This document shows positions 29,161-46,557 of a stretch of 64,000 nucleotides of DNA, piece after piece (position 1 is the stretch's first letter; each line of letters starts with the position of its first letter). The stretch comes from Octopus vulgaris. Taxonomy: Eukaryota. Location of the stretch: positions 30,318,001-30,382,000 of the forward strand of contig OX597835.1 of assembly GCA_951406725.2 (NCBI GenBank). The letters are read 5' to 3'. The position numbers were made by a program, and so were the translations under genes. The notes under the pieces were generated by a model. It was not told the DNA's origin. It worked only from the letters and a program-made list of their open reading frames with translations, and searched no databases.

Positions 29161-30292
29161 CCCTGATGCAGTACCAGGCAGTGGCTCTCGTGGCTTCTGA
29201 TCTTAACTGATTGGAAGTGTTATGTAATTTGTTTTGTCTTTGTATAAAAGATGGGCTACAGCAGATGTTCTGCTCAATGCCACAGATTTAACCATAACCA
29301 TTTGAGCATGTCCTTTAGTGGGGGAGCTTCATACCCATTTGTTGAGAGGGATTATTTGGGTTTTGAATAATTTACCTCTGGAAACATGGGTGTTTCGTGC
29401 AACATCCTTAAGCAATCTTTATTCAGGGACCTTTTGAGCGGGAAGGGTTACTCGACCAGAACAAAATTTTAACTGGGCTCCACCTGCAAAGTCATGTGTT
29501 GTTTATCTTGATATGAGATCACCATATCGCGCACATATGGTTGTGATGCATGTGCGTAGTGTATCAGACGAGTAGTCATAATGGGTGTACTGGGCTTCGT
29601 ATATCTTACCCCAGTGTCACCCTGATGGCATGCACTGCTGTCTCTCTCAATAATAATAATAATAATGGTAGTTATAATTTTGGAAAAAGAGCAACAAATT
29701 TTAAAAGCAGAGAGTTAGGCGATCCTCCCACCCATAAAGTAGCTCGCAGCTTGCTCTGTCGATACCGAAGAATGAAACGCAACAGTTATATATGTATATA
29801 TGAAACACACACCTCATACACACACACACACACACGCAGAGAAGGAAATGATGGTGATTTATTCATAATTTAACATCTACGTAAGTCTCAAATAGGTTCG
29901 TCTCAAAGTGCTGCAATGCAAAATTTATCCATGGGTGAGGGATTCAAATGCAACTGAGAGGAAACTGTGCACTCTGCTATCATTCTGAAAGCTATATCAA
30001 CCAACGTGATTACTTTGCTATTCACTGGGCAATTTAGTTAGCCAGGCATTATGTCCACAGAGTGCTTATGAAGTATTTGCCTGCTTTCTTTAATCCCTTT
30101 TTCCTTCATTATATAAATAGGTAGAGCGTTCTATAAGTGCATATATGTACACACACAATCACACACACACACACACACAGACACACACACACACACACAC
30201 TCGCACATACACACACACACGCACACACGCATATATATTTATGCATATATAAATATTATTGATATGCATATATGCATATGTATATATATATG

Positions 30293-30341
<49 letters not shown>

Positions 30342-30406
30342 GTATATATATATCTATGTATATATGTATATATATATGTATATATATACGTAGGTATATA
30401 TATATA

Positions 30407-30453
<47 letters not shown>

Positions 30454-31361
30454 GTATATATATACATATATATATACACGGAGAGTTATGTATGTGCATT
30501 AATTTACAAATATATGATATGTATACATGTATATATGTGTATATATACGCATTTATATATAAATATAGATACATAAATATAAACTTATATATATATACAT
30601 ATATGTATAGATGTATATATATATATATGAATATATATATATATATATGTGTGTGTGTATGTATATATGTGTGTGTCTATATATATATTTATATGTGTGT
30701 GTGTGTGTATGTATGTACATACATGCACTTCTTGTTTCCTATCATACGTACTGCTGGCAAATACTCTTCCGTTCAACACTCTACACACAATGACATTAAC
30801 AATAGACTTAGCGCAGCAGACAGTCAGAGAGCCAGATTGCCGTTACTCCCCACCAATTCCTACGAATCCTCTTCTGGTATACTCTACGAAAATAAATAAA
30901 ATACAAGAAGTTATTAACATTTCTCCCTTTAATATGGTTTAGATATCTTTCGATCGTATATTCATTCTTGCTTTCATTCCCATAATGAACAGCGTTCTTA
31001 ATGGTTTTTCAAATAGGCCTTCTGATTGATTCTAATACCATTCTATTTTGGTAAATTCTTCTATAATAATCATCGCAAACGTTTCTGCATAATACCGGCT
31101 ACTTGGCATCGCAAGACATCTACTTAAAAATCATTAAAATCTTAGTTGTTGCAGAGACGCAACCCACCAATGTTTTCATGATGTATGGAGTACTCGTAAA
31201 GCAGCTAATCTTGTCAATTACATTAACGGCACGCAGTAGTGTAGTTAAATGTTGAAATAGTGATTGAGTCGTTAATTTTCTTTGATAGCCATATTTAGTA
31301 AAGGATAGATAGATAGAAAGGCAGATAGATTGAGAGGTAGGGAGTTAGATAGATAGGTAAG

Positions 31362-31439
<78 letters not shown>

Positions 31440-31853
31440 AAGATAGATAGATATAAACAGATAGATACATTAAGGTAGATAGATAGAGAGATAGGTATGT
31501 GAATAGCAAGCTATATAAGAGGAGAGATAGATGGCTAGATACATAACCAGGTGGCTACCTATGTATGTATGTATGTATGTATGAATGTATGTATATATGT
31601 ATGTATGTATGTTTGTATGTATGTATGTATATATGTATGTATGAATCTATTTATCTATCTATCTATCTATCTATCTATCTGTCTGTCTGTCTCTTTCTAG
31701 ATAAATATACACATAGATAGACCGACATCCAGAAAGATGGATTGATGGATAGAGGGATAATAGATTGAAGAATAGATATATACAAAGATGGATGGATATC
31801 TAACTATGTTGGTGTATTTAGAGAGGGACAGAGACGGAGAGAGCTAGATAGAC

Positions 31854-31934
<81 letters not shown>

Positions 31935-32212
31935 CTGAGAGACAGAAGACCATTTTGATAGAGTTGAATATATTTGGGAAAGAATACAAGAATAAAATGA
32001 GAGGTGGTATTAAACATGATGAAGTAAATGCAATAATTGAAAAGAAGCTTAAAACCACAGCATAAGATAAAGGGTGATGTGTCGGGGAGCGGGGGGGACG
32101 TTAAAGAATGAAAAGGCCGAGGGGAGGGGAGACACGTTGAGGGCAAATTTAGCTGCTCTTACTGGTGAAGTTTAAGTTTATTAGTTTAGTTTAGGATAAA
32201 GGTTCGTTTCCT

Positions 32213-32800
32213 TTGTTTTTTCTTATCTTCTTATTTTCTCTTAATCTATCTCTTTCTTTCTTTCATTCATTTGTCATTCTTTCTTTCATCATTCACTCTT
32301 TCTTTCTTTCGCTCTCTCTCTCTCTCTCTTTCTTTCTCTCTTTCTTTCTTTCTCTCTTTCTTTCTTTCTTTCTTCCTTTCTTTCTTTCCTTTTTACATCT
32401 TTCTTTCTTTCATTTTTCCGTCTTTCCTCCTTGTGTCTTTCTTTCTTTCTTTCTTTCCTTCATTCCCCTTTCTTGCTTTTTTTTCATTTTCCCCCCTTTC
32501 TGTCTTTCTTTGTTTCATTTCCCCCTTTTTTCCTTCTTTCTCAATTTCTTTCTTTCATTTTCCCGTCTTTCCTCCTTTTTTCTTTCTTTCCTTCATTTCT
32601 CCCTTTCTTTCTTTGTTTCATTTTCCACCTTTCTTTTTTCATTCATTCTTTCTTTCTTTCTTTCTTTCTTTCTCTTTCTTTCATTCTTTCTTCCTTTCTT
32701 TCATTCTCTCTTTCTTTCCCTCTCAATCTATTTCTTTCTTCATTTCTTTCTTTCTTCCTTTCTTTCTTTATTTATTGCTTTCTTTCTTATTGTTTCTTCT
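32213..32800. repeat. Degenerate (TTTC)n polypyrimidine tract
   Basis: Direct reading. Confidence 0.9.
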
Positions 32801-33040
32801 AAGTTTTCATTCCTCGTTTCCTCCTGTGAAGCCCTAAACCTGGAAGGTGCGCGCGCGACATTATAAGCATGCGAATGTACGTATATATGATTTGATATGT
32901 GTGCGTGTATATGCGCATGCATTTTTACTCGTATGTGTACCTGTGTGTGCGTGTATATGATTCCACATGTGTGCGACTGAGTGTACCTATGCACATGCAA
33001 GTTTATATGTTTGTGAACGCCTGTGCTGCGGTTTGTGGCC

Positions 33041-33089
<49 letters not shown>

Positions 33090-34353
33090 TCTATGCGTAT
33101 GTGCGTGTGCAAGTGTGTGGCTAGATTTTAATAATGTTTTGTGTGTGTATGTGTGTGTTTGCGCATGTGTTTGTGTGTGTTTGTGTGTGTGTGTGTGTGT
33201 ATGTGTGTGTGTGTGTGCGTGTGTTTGTGTTTGCGTATGCGGTTGTGTTTGAGACTGTGTGTCAACGTGCGCGCAATCACGTAGATTTGGTGGAGCGGCC
33301 ATGTTTGTGTCTTTGATTCTTGATGCCATTATCTAAAAGTTTTTCCAAAGTGTCACAAGCAGGAACTAGCATATAATGCCATACACTGCCATATTCCTGT
33401 ATATTGGCACAACAGAACCCAACCAAGCAGGGAGGAGAGATGAGAGAAGGAATACCCCACATCACCGCTGCACCTACCAAAGTGTCTTGGCATCTGTTAG
33501 ATAAAAGAAGGAGGGGAGACAGATAAGGAGAGGGCGGGGGGAAAGAGAGCGACGATGTGACAGGGTTTGACAGACATGAAGGAAAAGAGAGAGTGAATGA
33601 GAGAGAGAGAAACAGAGGGAGGGAAGGGAACGACCATGAAGTTAGAAAGACACAGAGAAGAGCAGAAAAAGAAGCTGAAGGAGGGCAAGGAAAAGGAAGA
33701 GAAAGAAGATGAAGAAAATAGAAGAAAGTAAAGAAGAGGAAAAAGAATGGACAAGGAGGGGAAGGAGGTGGAGGTGGAGGAGGAGGTGGAGGAGGAGAAG
33801 AACAAAAAGAAGAAGAAAAAGAAGAAGAAGAAAAAGAGGAAGAAGAAAAAGAGGAAGAAGAAGAAGGAGAAGAAGAAGAAAGAGAAGGAGGAGAAGAAGA
33901 AAAGATAACGCTCTTCATCGTATAAGAATTATTCAGACTCGATATATACACGCTGAGTTACACATATACTTGCACAAACACTCACACACTCACAGATACA
34001 CACACATATACGCACACACACACACGCATATATATATATATAAATTAATGTGTGTTTATACCTTCAACATACATGTAAGAATACATCTCGCTTCGCATAT
34101 ATTTGGGAAATGTATGAATATTATATTCATACATTTAAAGGTAGCTATATATATATATATATATATATATACGAGAATATATATATATATGTGTGTGTGT
34201 GTGTATGCATGAATATGCATGTTCATATATATATGTGTGTATGTATATATGTTTGCATATACACACACAACACAAAAATTTGTATATAACCACGAGTTTA
34301 TATATATATATATGTACATAATATATACAGATACTTTCTCATATGAATGTGTA

Positions 34354-34413
<60 letters not shown>

Positions 34414-34429
34414 TGTGTGCGTGCATATG

Positions 34430-34463
<34 letters not shown>

Positions 34464-35116
34464 TGTGTGTGTTTGTGTGTGTATGGGTGTGTTGTATATG
34501 TGTATGTATACTGCACGTGCATGCGTATATATATGTATATATGTATATATATATATATACGCAGCTGTGTATAATTATCCAACAATATATTCCTGCTTAT
34601 TTCTTAAGTAATGGAATGCCAAACAATAGAAACGCATTTGTGTGTGTATATGCGTGTATTTCTGTGTGTGTGGGTGTGGGTACTTGTGTATGTGTGTGTG
34701 TGGGTCTGTATGGATTTGCGTACGTATGTGTTTGTGCGCGCGCACAAACTCCATCAGCAACGGAGAATATAAGGCTGAGATGCTGTAAATGTAATTATAC
34801 ACTTAGGTGACCAGTTAGTAAGACAAGTACATTAATCTCATCGATAGATCGATATTGAAAGCTATTCAATAGATTGTTAAGTCGGCAATTTTAAACATCA
34901 AATACTTCTCCAAGAGAAATGGTAAGTAGTTTATTTAACCAGGACCATTCTCGCTGGTTTAGTGGAAGCAAGAGGATAAGAGAATGAGGAATAACTTAAT
35001 GGCATATAGTTGTGTCTCTATGTGTGTATATATGGAAGTATATGTTTGTGTGTATGTGTGTGCATGTATGAGTGTGTGTGTGTGTGTGGTCGGGTGATTG
35101 TGTGTGTGAAACAGAA

Positions 35117-35147
<31 letters not shown>

Positions 35148-35400
35148 TGGTGTTTGATAGTGCACGATTGTGTGTGCATGGGGTGGCACCGAGGTGTAAT
35201 ACTTTGTTGTGTGTGTGTGTGTGTGTGTGTAGTTTGCGCTTCAAGTAGAATTGGCGTATGTATAGGTTCAGGTTATATAAATGTATATGTGTATATACAC
35301 ATATATTAATATCTATGTGTATTCTTATATTATATATATATATATAAATATGTATGTATGTATATATATATATATCTATATTTATATTTACATATATGTT

Positions 35401-35478
<78 letters not shown>

Positions 35479-35503
35479 GTTATTTCTATATATACATATC
35501 TAC

Positions 35504-35540
<37 letters not shown>

Positions 35541-35861
35541 CATACATACATACATACATACATATGTACATACATACATACATACATATGTACATACATA
35601 GATATATAATACATATATACATACATACCTAAGTACATAGATAGGTAATTGGCTTGATAGATATATAAATAATTTTAGAGATAGATATTGAAATGTACGT
35701 GTGAATGTTTACTTCTATGTATATATATTATATATCTCTCTCTCCTTCTCTTTCTACCTCCCTCTCTGAACCTTCTTTTTCCTTTCCACTCTTTCTCTCT
35801 CTCTCTCTCTCTCTCTCACTATGTATATGTGTGTGTGTGTGCGTATACATATATATGAATG

Positions 35862-35933
<72 letters not shown>

Positions 35934-36336
35934 GTATATATATATATATATATATATAAGTAGGTAGACAGACAGACAGAAAGACAGATAGACAGATGAC
36001 AACGGGGAGAGATTGATCGATTGAAGAATATGAATAACATAATAGATAGCACGGTTGTTACATAATAACCATATGTTTATATGTATTGGCATGCACATAT
36101 AAACATAGCATGTATATATATATATATATACACTCTCATAATATGCACACCTGTAGGAATGAGATTTGCAACCTGGCATCAGTATCTCTTCTATTCCCTT
36201 CATCTTACGCCGCCCTCTGCCTCTCCTTTCCATTCTCTCCCGATATCTCTCTCGTCATCCCAGTCACTCCATGCAGGTGTTTGTATGTGTGTATGTATAT
36301 ACATGTGTGTGTGTATGCGTGTGAATATGTATGTAA

Positions 36337-36401
<65 letters not shown>

Positions 36402-36551
36402 TGTGTGTGTGAGTGTATATATGCATATATATATAGAGAGAGAGATATATACAGAGAGACAGTGAGAGAAGGAGAGATATACTTATAGATATGGATATAC
36501 GCGTATACGTATATTGCACAATCTCTCTATTTAGATACCTATATATATATA

Positions 36552-36637
<86 letters not shown>

Positions 36638-36808
36638 TTTATATATACATAGATGTATAGATAGATAGATATACATATATATACACATATATTTATACAT
36701 GCATATACATATATAAATATATGTATAATATTTATATATATACATGTAAAGATATATGTATACATACATATATATATATATACACACACACACATATATA
36801 TATATATA

Positions 36809-36841
<33 letters not shown>

Positions 36842-37080
36842 TGCATACATACATACATATATATGTATACAAATATATATATATGTATACATATATATAT
36901 GTATATATATATATACATATATATACATGTATATGTATACCCACGTATATGAACATCACATATCAAAGCATTATGTATATGTAACTGAACATAGTTATTC
37001 TGCATTATACATATGCGCATATATCTATATATGTCTCTCTTTCTCTCTTTCTCTCCTTCTATATATATATATATACACAC

Positions 37081-37197
<117 letters not shown>

Positions 37198-37544
37198 CAA
37201 ACATAATTGGGATTTAGCTGCAGTGTACCAACATCACAAAAATCATGTAACAGTAACTCCAACACTTAAGATAGAGTCTCCCTGTTTAAACACGCTCTAA
37301 GGAAGAATGCACTGACGGCACGCACCTATTTAAGTGTTAGATGTGTCAAATTTTGACAAACATTTATAATTTGGGATTTTAATGCATCGATGCTTCCCCT
37401 TGACTGATCGGCCAGATAATTCCCATAGATATGTATATGTACATATCACACATACATGTGTGTGCGTGTATTTGTGTGTGTGTATGTGTGTGTGTATGTA
37501 TGTGTGTGTGTGTGTGTAAATATATGCATATACACGCATGCATA

Positions 37545-37590
<46 letters not shown>

Positions 37591-37675
37591 GAGAGAGAGA
37601 GACAGCCTGGCAGACAGATAGACAGACAGACAGTGACGTGCATACACACAGACACACTCGCACACACACACACCT

Positions 37676-37900
37676 TTTATCTCTTAGTTGTTCAAGTCTT
37701 TAAACTGAGACCAAGCTGGGGCATCGCCTTCGAGAATTTCAGTCGAACGAATTTACTTCACGATTTATTTCCATTTTTAGCCTGGTACGTATTCAATCGC
37801 TGTCTTTTTGCGGAACCGCTAATTTACGAGGACGTAAGAACACCAACACCCGCTGTGATGGGGCGGGGAGAACCATAAACACAAAGACACACACACACAC

Positions 37901-37972
<72 letters not shown>

Positions 37973-38135
37973 GCACGTGCGCGCTCATATAAATTCACAT
38001 GACAGTTTGCTTTCAGTTTCTGTCTACCAAATCCATTTACAAGACTTTGGTTGGCTCGAATTTATAGCCGAAGTCCTCTGCCCGAGATGTCACGCAGTGG
38101 GACTAAACTCCGAACCATGCGGTTGAGAAGCAAGA
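37676..38135 (-). mobile_element. SINE family A, diverged, with internal (CA)n
   Basis: 3' half ~37676-37890 and 5' half ~38005-38135. Confidence 0.7.
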
Positions 38136-38557
38136 TCTCCTCTTTGCTTCCTTCAACTTCCACTACTGCATCACGCCAAGAGTCTTTTACACTGTGGTGT
38201 CCCCAACCATTGCTCTCCCACAGAATCAGCTCCCTCACATGCAAAGACTTGTGATTGCAAAGCATTACAGGATATTTCGGAAATTCACTTCCTAATGATA
38301 AGATCCCGAGTTCGACTCTGCTCTAGAGCATCTTCAAAAAGATTATCAATGTGCAAAATAATGCAGAAAATGTATGGAATCCTGTCGTGTAAGACATCAG
38401 TTTCTAATTCAAATGTTTTTCTTTAGTGTCAAGCTTATTCCGCGTTACGATTATTCTGCCTCTGATTTACGTTGAAGTTAGGTTAAAAAAACGTCAATAA
38501 ATATTGGCATTGGATCCAGGTGCTTATTGTTTTAATATTTTTCGCTCGTATAAGGTG

Positions 38558-39445
38558 AAATGCTTAGCCGGGCGAAATGCTTAGCGGTATTTCGTCTGTC
38601 TTTACGTTCTGACTTCAAATTCCGCCGAGATCGACTTTGCCTATCATCCTTTCGGGGTCGATAAATTAAGTACCAATTATGCACTGAGGTCGATGTAATC
38701 ACATCATCTCTTTGTCTGTTCTTGTTTGTCCTTCTATGTTTAGCCCCTTGTGGGCAATAAAGAGATAAGTAACGTTAGCACGCCGGGCGAAATGCTTAGC
38801 CGTATTTCGTCTGCCGCTAGGTTCTGAGTTCAAATTACGCCGAAGTCAACTTTGCCTTTCATCCTTTCGGGGTCGATTAAATAAGTACCAGTTATGCACT
38901 GGGGGTCGATGTAATCGACTTAATCCGTTTGTCTGTCCTTGTTTGTCCCCTCTGTGTATAGCCCTTTGTGGACAGTAAAGAAATAGGCGTCTCGTCTATC
39001 TTCATGTTCTGAGTTCTTATTCCGCCGAAGTCGACTTCGCCTTTCATCCCTTCGGGTCGATAAATTAAGTACCAGTTGCTTACAGAAGTCGATCTAATCA
39101 ACTGGACCCCTCCCCCAACATTTCGGGTCTTGTGCCTAGGGTAGAAAATATTATACAAGGCGGCGTGCTGACAGAATCGGTCCACTTTGCCCATCATCAT
39201 TTCGGGGTCGATAAATTAAGTACACTTGACCACATTTTTTACGTTCTCAGTTCAAATGCCGCCGGGGTTATCTTTTCTAATAATCATTATTAAAGAAATT
39301 ATTATCATTACGATGGAAGGTGGAGAGCTAATCATTAGTACGCTGGATGAAATGCTTAACGGCATTTTGTGGGTCCTCACGTTCCGAGTTCAAATTCCGC
39401 CGAAGTCGACTTTACCTTTCGACGATAAAATAAATAGCAGTTGAA
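38558..39445 (+). mobile_element. Head-to-tail cluster of SINE family B copies and fragments
   Basis: At least 5 recurrences of GTT(C)TGAGTTCAAAT.CCGCCGA and/or TTTCGGGGTCGATAAATTAAGTAC. Confidence 0.85.
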
Positions 39446-39464
39446 CACCGAGGACAATTTAACT

Positions 39465-39511
<47 letters not shown>

Positions 39512-39518
39512 TATAAAA

Positions 39519-39575
<57 letters not shown>

Positions 39576-39580
39576 TATAC

Positions 39581-39653
<73 letters not shown>

Positions 39654-40094
39654 AACCGGTGTTCTTGTGTTTACGTTCCCATCCTCTAGCGTTTCGTTAA
39701 AATTTGAAAATAGATCAAATACCCGGCTTAAAAAATAGAATAGCGACGTTTCGTCAAGGCAGTGCAGCAGCATGGGCGCAGTCTCATAGCTGGAAAGAGA
39801 AATAGGGAAAATATTCATATACATATGTGTACCCAACCGTGAATATGTTGACACATAGTTTCAAATGTGTCCGTGCGTATGTCGGTCAAAGTATGAATGC
39901 ATGAATGAATGTATATATAAATATGTACGCGTGCCTTTAAGGCATGTTATATATATATATGTGTGTGTGTGTGTGTATGCGTATAAATATATAAATATAT
40001 ATATATATGTAAATACATATGTATACATATATATACCTATATATACCTAAATACATATAATTATATACATATATGTATTAACACACACACACTC

Positions 40095-40152
<58 letters not shown>

Positions 40153-40153
40153 G

Positions 40154-40217
<64 letters not shown>

Positions 40218-40621
40218 ATATCTATATACACACACACCTACAAATAGACACATCCACATATACATAGATATAAACCTACCTACATGCCTACATATACATC
40301 TTTAGAAATGTAAATATTCACTTACGAACATATATATATTTTATATATACATACCTACATATACATGCATACACACACACACGCACACACACAAACATAT
40401 ATATATATATATTTAGTATAGCTAATAGATATATCTATCAATCTACATACGAATCTTTTTAGGCACCTATACATCATGGCTCTGTATGTAAGTGGATGTA
40501 TGTGTGTAGGTATGTATGTATGCTTGTATGGATAAATGTGTTCCTCTGTGTATTTATCTATCTATGTGACTGTCTATCTGTCTCTCTATCTATCTATATA
40601 TCTATGTATCTATTTTATCTA

Positions 40622-40668
<47 letters not shown>

Positions 40669-40671
40669 TTG

Positions 40672-40743
<72 letters not shown>

Positions 40744-40956
40744 ATGTCTATCTATCTATCTGCCGATCTATATATCCAGTTATCTCTCTATTTGTCTCAC
40801 TATCACAATATATATAAATTATTGTTTGTCCCTCTCATCATCTCCTTCTTTTTTCTTTCTGCCTCAGTGGAGCAAGTTCTTCAGATAATATTCATAGTAG
40901 TACATAAATATAGAAAATGCAATGTTTTTGTGGAATTCCTAAAAAAAAATATATAT

Positions 40957-40997
<41 letters not shown>

Positions 40998-41013
40998 AGA
41001 TAGATAGATAGTT

Positions 41014-41126
<113 letters not shown>

Positions 41127-41443
41127 CATAGATAGATAGGCACGTACTTATACAACGTGGAAATTTCTGTGTGTTTACATACATATATATTTCCTTCTCT
41201 ATGAATATATATATATATATATATATATATTCATACATACACATATACGTATATATGTGCGTGTGTGTCCGTGCATGTGTTTTGCCTCTGTGTGTGTATC
41301 TGTCTATGTTTGTTTTTTATACATATTCTATATATCCATGCATGTAAGTAAATGCATACCTATATATATTTACATAAACACACGCACGTTTATATATATA
41401 TACATATATACATACATACATATACATCTCTCTCTCTCTCTCT

Positions 41444-41847
<404 letters not shown>

Positions 41848-42374
41848 TATACATATATATACACACACACTCACACACACATATATGTATATATATGTGT
41901 ATATATATATACATATATATATATATATAAACACATATATATATATATCTATATACATATTTGCAGACATATTTACATTCATGTATCTATATGAATAATC
42001 ACAGTACATGTTTATACCTACATGCACGCATATATTACACTAATATGTGTATCATTACATACATACATACATATGTGTATACATGTATGTGTATATTATC
42101 TATGTTTGAGGGTTTTTGTATGCATTCTTCTAATGTATCCATACATAATTACATATATACAGACAGACATAATTATATATATATATATGTGTGTGTATAT
42201 ATACATTCATGTATATATGCATATATACTCACACATACACAGACAGCCACTTAGGGACCGATACTGCAATAATGTTGTCAGAAAAGAAACACTTACTATA
42301 TGTGTATACCAATATGACATTTTAAATATATACTTTTATATCATGTTCATGCATTTCTCTTAACTGCTTGTAGT

Positions 42375-42469
<95 letters not shown>

Positions 42470-42474
42470 CATAC

Positions 42475-42527
<53 letters not shown>

Positions 42528-42615
42528 TAATCCAAACGGGAAACAAAAAAACAACAACAATGGAACAATTACAGTATTATTATTAATAGGCGCTCAGGAA
42601 ATGGAAGCAGGGAGG

Positions 42616-42650
42616 TATGACGTTTCGAGCGGAGAGCTTCGTCGGAAACA
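42616..42650 (-). ncRNA. HHR-like motif in PLE-derived remnant (duplicate at 44529-44563)
   Basis: CCGACGA-AGCTCTCCGCTC-GAAA-CGTCA; stem II disrupted relative to the 4223 copy. Confidence 0.5.
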
Positions 42651-43178
42651 TAAAGAAGGAAGAGAGAGGAAAGAAAGATCCCAGAGCGGGCAACAGGGAT
42701 AGAGAAAAAAAACGACTGGTGTTTACGAGTTACACATGGTGAAAGGCGGATGTTTACGATAACAAGAGCAAGTAGGTTTTTAAAGGCAAAAGAGTGGAGA
42801 CAAGGTTGGTAACGCAACAGATGTGTGTGTATGTGTGAGTGTGTGCGTGTGCGTGTGTGTATGTGTGTGTGTGAGGCGAGATAAAAAAACAAAAAATATA
42901 TGTATGTGTTAGTGTGTGCGTCTGTGTGTAGGCGTGTGAGGTAGGGCAAGACAGTGGTCAGCATATAGACAAAGGTCACTAGTAAGAAAAAGAAGGAAGG
43001 AGGAAGGGAGGGAGGGGAAGGGGTGGGGGCGTATATATATATATATTTATAATTATCACGATAATAGATAGATGAAGATAGATAGATAGATACATAGATG
43101 AATGTATATGTACATAGGCACTCACTCACGCGCACACTCACATGCACACATAACATACACATAGATATACATTCATCC

Positions 43179-43232
<54 letters not shown>

Positions 43233-43343
43233 TATATATCCATGCATGTATAAATGCATACCTATATATATTTACATAAACACACGCATTTATATATATA
43301 TACATATATACATACATACATATACATCTCTCTCTCTCTCTCT

Positions 43344-43416
<73 letters not shown>

Positions 43417-43487
43417 ATGGAAAAATATGCAAATGTAGGTTTGGATATAGATATGCATCCGGATATGTAAATTTCTCAGTATACATA

Positions 43488-43626
<139 letters not shown>

Positions 43627-43687
43627 ACTGAGAAATTTACATATCCGGATGCATATCTATATCCAAACCTACATTTGCATATTTTTC

Positions 43688-43756
<69 letters not shown>

Positions 43757-43808
43757 TATACATATATATACACACACACTCACACACACATATATGTATA
43801 TATATGTG

Positions 43809-43840
<32 letters not shown>

Positions 43841-44285
43841 AACACATATATATATATATCTATATACATATTTGCAGACATATTTACATTCATGTATCTA
43901 TATGAATAATCACAGTACATGTTTATACCTACATGCACGCATATATTACACTAATATGTGTATCATTACATACATACATACATATGTGTATACATGTATG
44001 TGTATATTATCTATGTTTGAGGGTTTTTGTATGCATTCTTCTAATGTATCCATACATAATTACATATATACAGACAGACATAATTATATATATATATATG
44101 TGTGTGTATATATACATTCATGTATATATGCATATATACTCACACATACACAGACAGCCACTTAGGGACCGATACTGCAATAATGTTGTCAGAAAAGAAA
44201 CACTTACTATATGTGTATACCAATATGACATTTTAAATATATACTTTTATATCATGTTCATGCATTTCTCTTAACTGCTTGTAGT

Positions 44286-44378
<93 letters not shown>

Positions 44379-44387
44379 CATACATAC

Positions 44388-44441
<54 letters not shown>

Positions 44442-45096
44442 AATCCAAACGGGAAACAAAAAAACAACAACAATGGAACAATTACAGTATTATTATTAAT
44501 AGGCGCTCAGGAAATGGAAGCAGGGAGGTATGACGTTTCGAGCGGAGAGCTTCGTCGGAAACATAAAGAAGGAAGAGAGAGGAAAGAAAGATCCCAGAGC
44601 GGGCAACAGGGATAGAGAAAAAAAACGACTGGTGTTTACGAGTTACACATGGTGAAAGGCGGATGTTTACGATAACAAGAGCAAGTAGGTTTTTAAAGGC
44701 AAAAGAGTGGAGACAAGGTTGGTAACGCAACAGATGTGTGTGTATGTGTGAGTGTGTGCGTGTGCGTGTGTGTATGTGTGTGTGTGAGGCGAGATAAAAA
44801 AACAAAAAATATATGTATGTGTTAGTGTGTGCGTCTGTGTGTAGGCGTGTGAGGTAGGGCAAGACAGTGGTCAGCATAGCAGACAAAGGTCACTAGTAAG
44901 AAAAAGAAGGAAGGAGGAAGGGAGGGAGGGGAAGGGGTGGGGGCGTATATATATATATATATATTTATAATTATCACGTTAATATATGGCTGGAAATAGA
45001 ATTTCTGGGACATAGATGAATGTATATGTACATAGGCACTCACTCACGCGCACACTCACATGCACACATAACATACACATAGATATACATTCATCC

Positions 45097-45155
<59 letters not shown>

Positions 45156-45426
45156 AATATATATATGTATGTACATATATGTGTACGTGTTCGCATATTG
45201 TTTTGCATGTAATCTTCATATATAAGTATCAATGTGAGGATAGTTATGTACCAGTCTGGCTGTCTGTACACTGGACTGTCTGTCTGTCTATCTATCTATC
45301 TTACCATCTCTCTCTTTCACTCTTTTTCTGTCTTCTGCCTCCTTCTCTCTCTCTTTCTATGTCTCTCTCTTTCTCTCTCTCTCTCTCACAATATATATAA
45401 ATATAAATATATATCTATATATATAT

Positions 45427-46167
45427 TACATAGGCCAAACAAAAACAGTCTACGTAAAAGAATGGCTCTGCACAGATCCCAGACCAAAATCCCCCAAAAC
45501 AAAAACAAAAAATAGCATTCAAACAACACATCGACATTTGCGCCAATATCAAAAATCAAAGCTTCAGAATGTTTCCCATCCCTCTACTAACTCAGTGACG
45601 ATGCAACCTGGAGCCAAAGAATTAGTAAAGAGACTCTCTTTATTACAAAATACAGGCCCCTTCTGAACGCGTCTACAACAAACGACATATCCACCTCGGC
45701 CTTAGAATAACACAATTAAACACGCAAATATTAAAAATGATACATTCAAGAGATTCCCAAGAATTCATTAAAAAACAGTCCCAATCACTGCTATAATCCA
45801 TAACGTGCCAATTTTAAGTCATTTGAACAACTAAGACCTCACTACTATCATACCACCTACATTCCTCTCTTCTTCTTCTTCTTCTTCTTCTTCTTCTTCT
45901 TCTTCTTCTTCTTCTTCTTCTTCTTCTTCTTCTTCTTCTTCTTCTTCTTCTTCTTCTTCTTCTTCGTCGTCGTCTTCTTCCTCTTCCTTCCTAATTTTAC
46001 CACCATTGTTGTTTAGAATAACACCTACGCAAATTTTATAAACAAAACATTCCAAAGAGATGTTCCAGGAATTCAACAGTTACTACTACCATCCACAGCG
46101 GGTCATTTTCAGGGCAGTTGACCAATCAACATACTACTGTCATGGCACTCCCACTTTCTTCTTCTTT

Positions 46168-46253
<86 letters not shown>

Positions 46254-46557
46254 TATCATCATCATCTTCTTCTTCTTCTTCTTCTTCTTCTTCTTCTTCT
46301 TCTTCTTCTTCTACTTCTTCTTCTTCGTCTTCTTCTTCTTCTTCTTCTTCTTCTCCTCCTCCTTCTTCTTCTTCTTTACCAAGAATTCACAAGGACCTCG
46401 ACCCTACTAAAGTAAACAAGAGAGACAGAGACAGGCAGAAACAAGGAAAATGCCACTTGTATTTGAACACTATGCAAATATTCTTTTAAAAAGACTTCTT
46501 TTAATTTTCCCAAACTTTAATTGTTTTCCATACTTACAGTTGAAAAAGTCTCAATGA

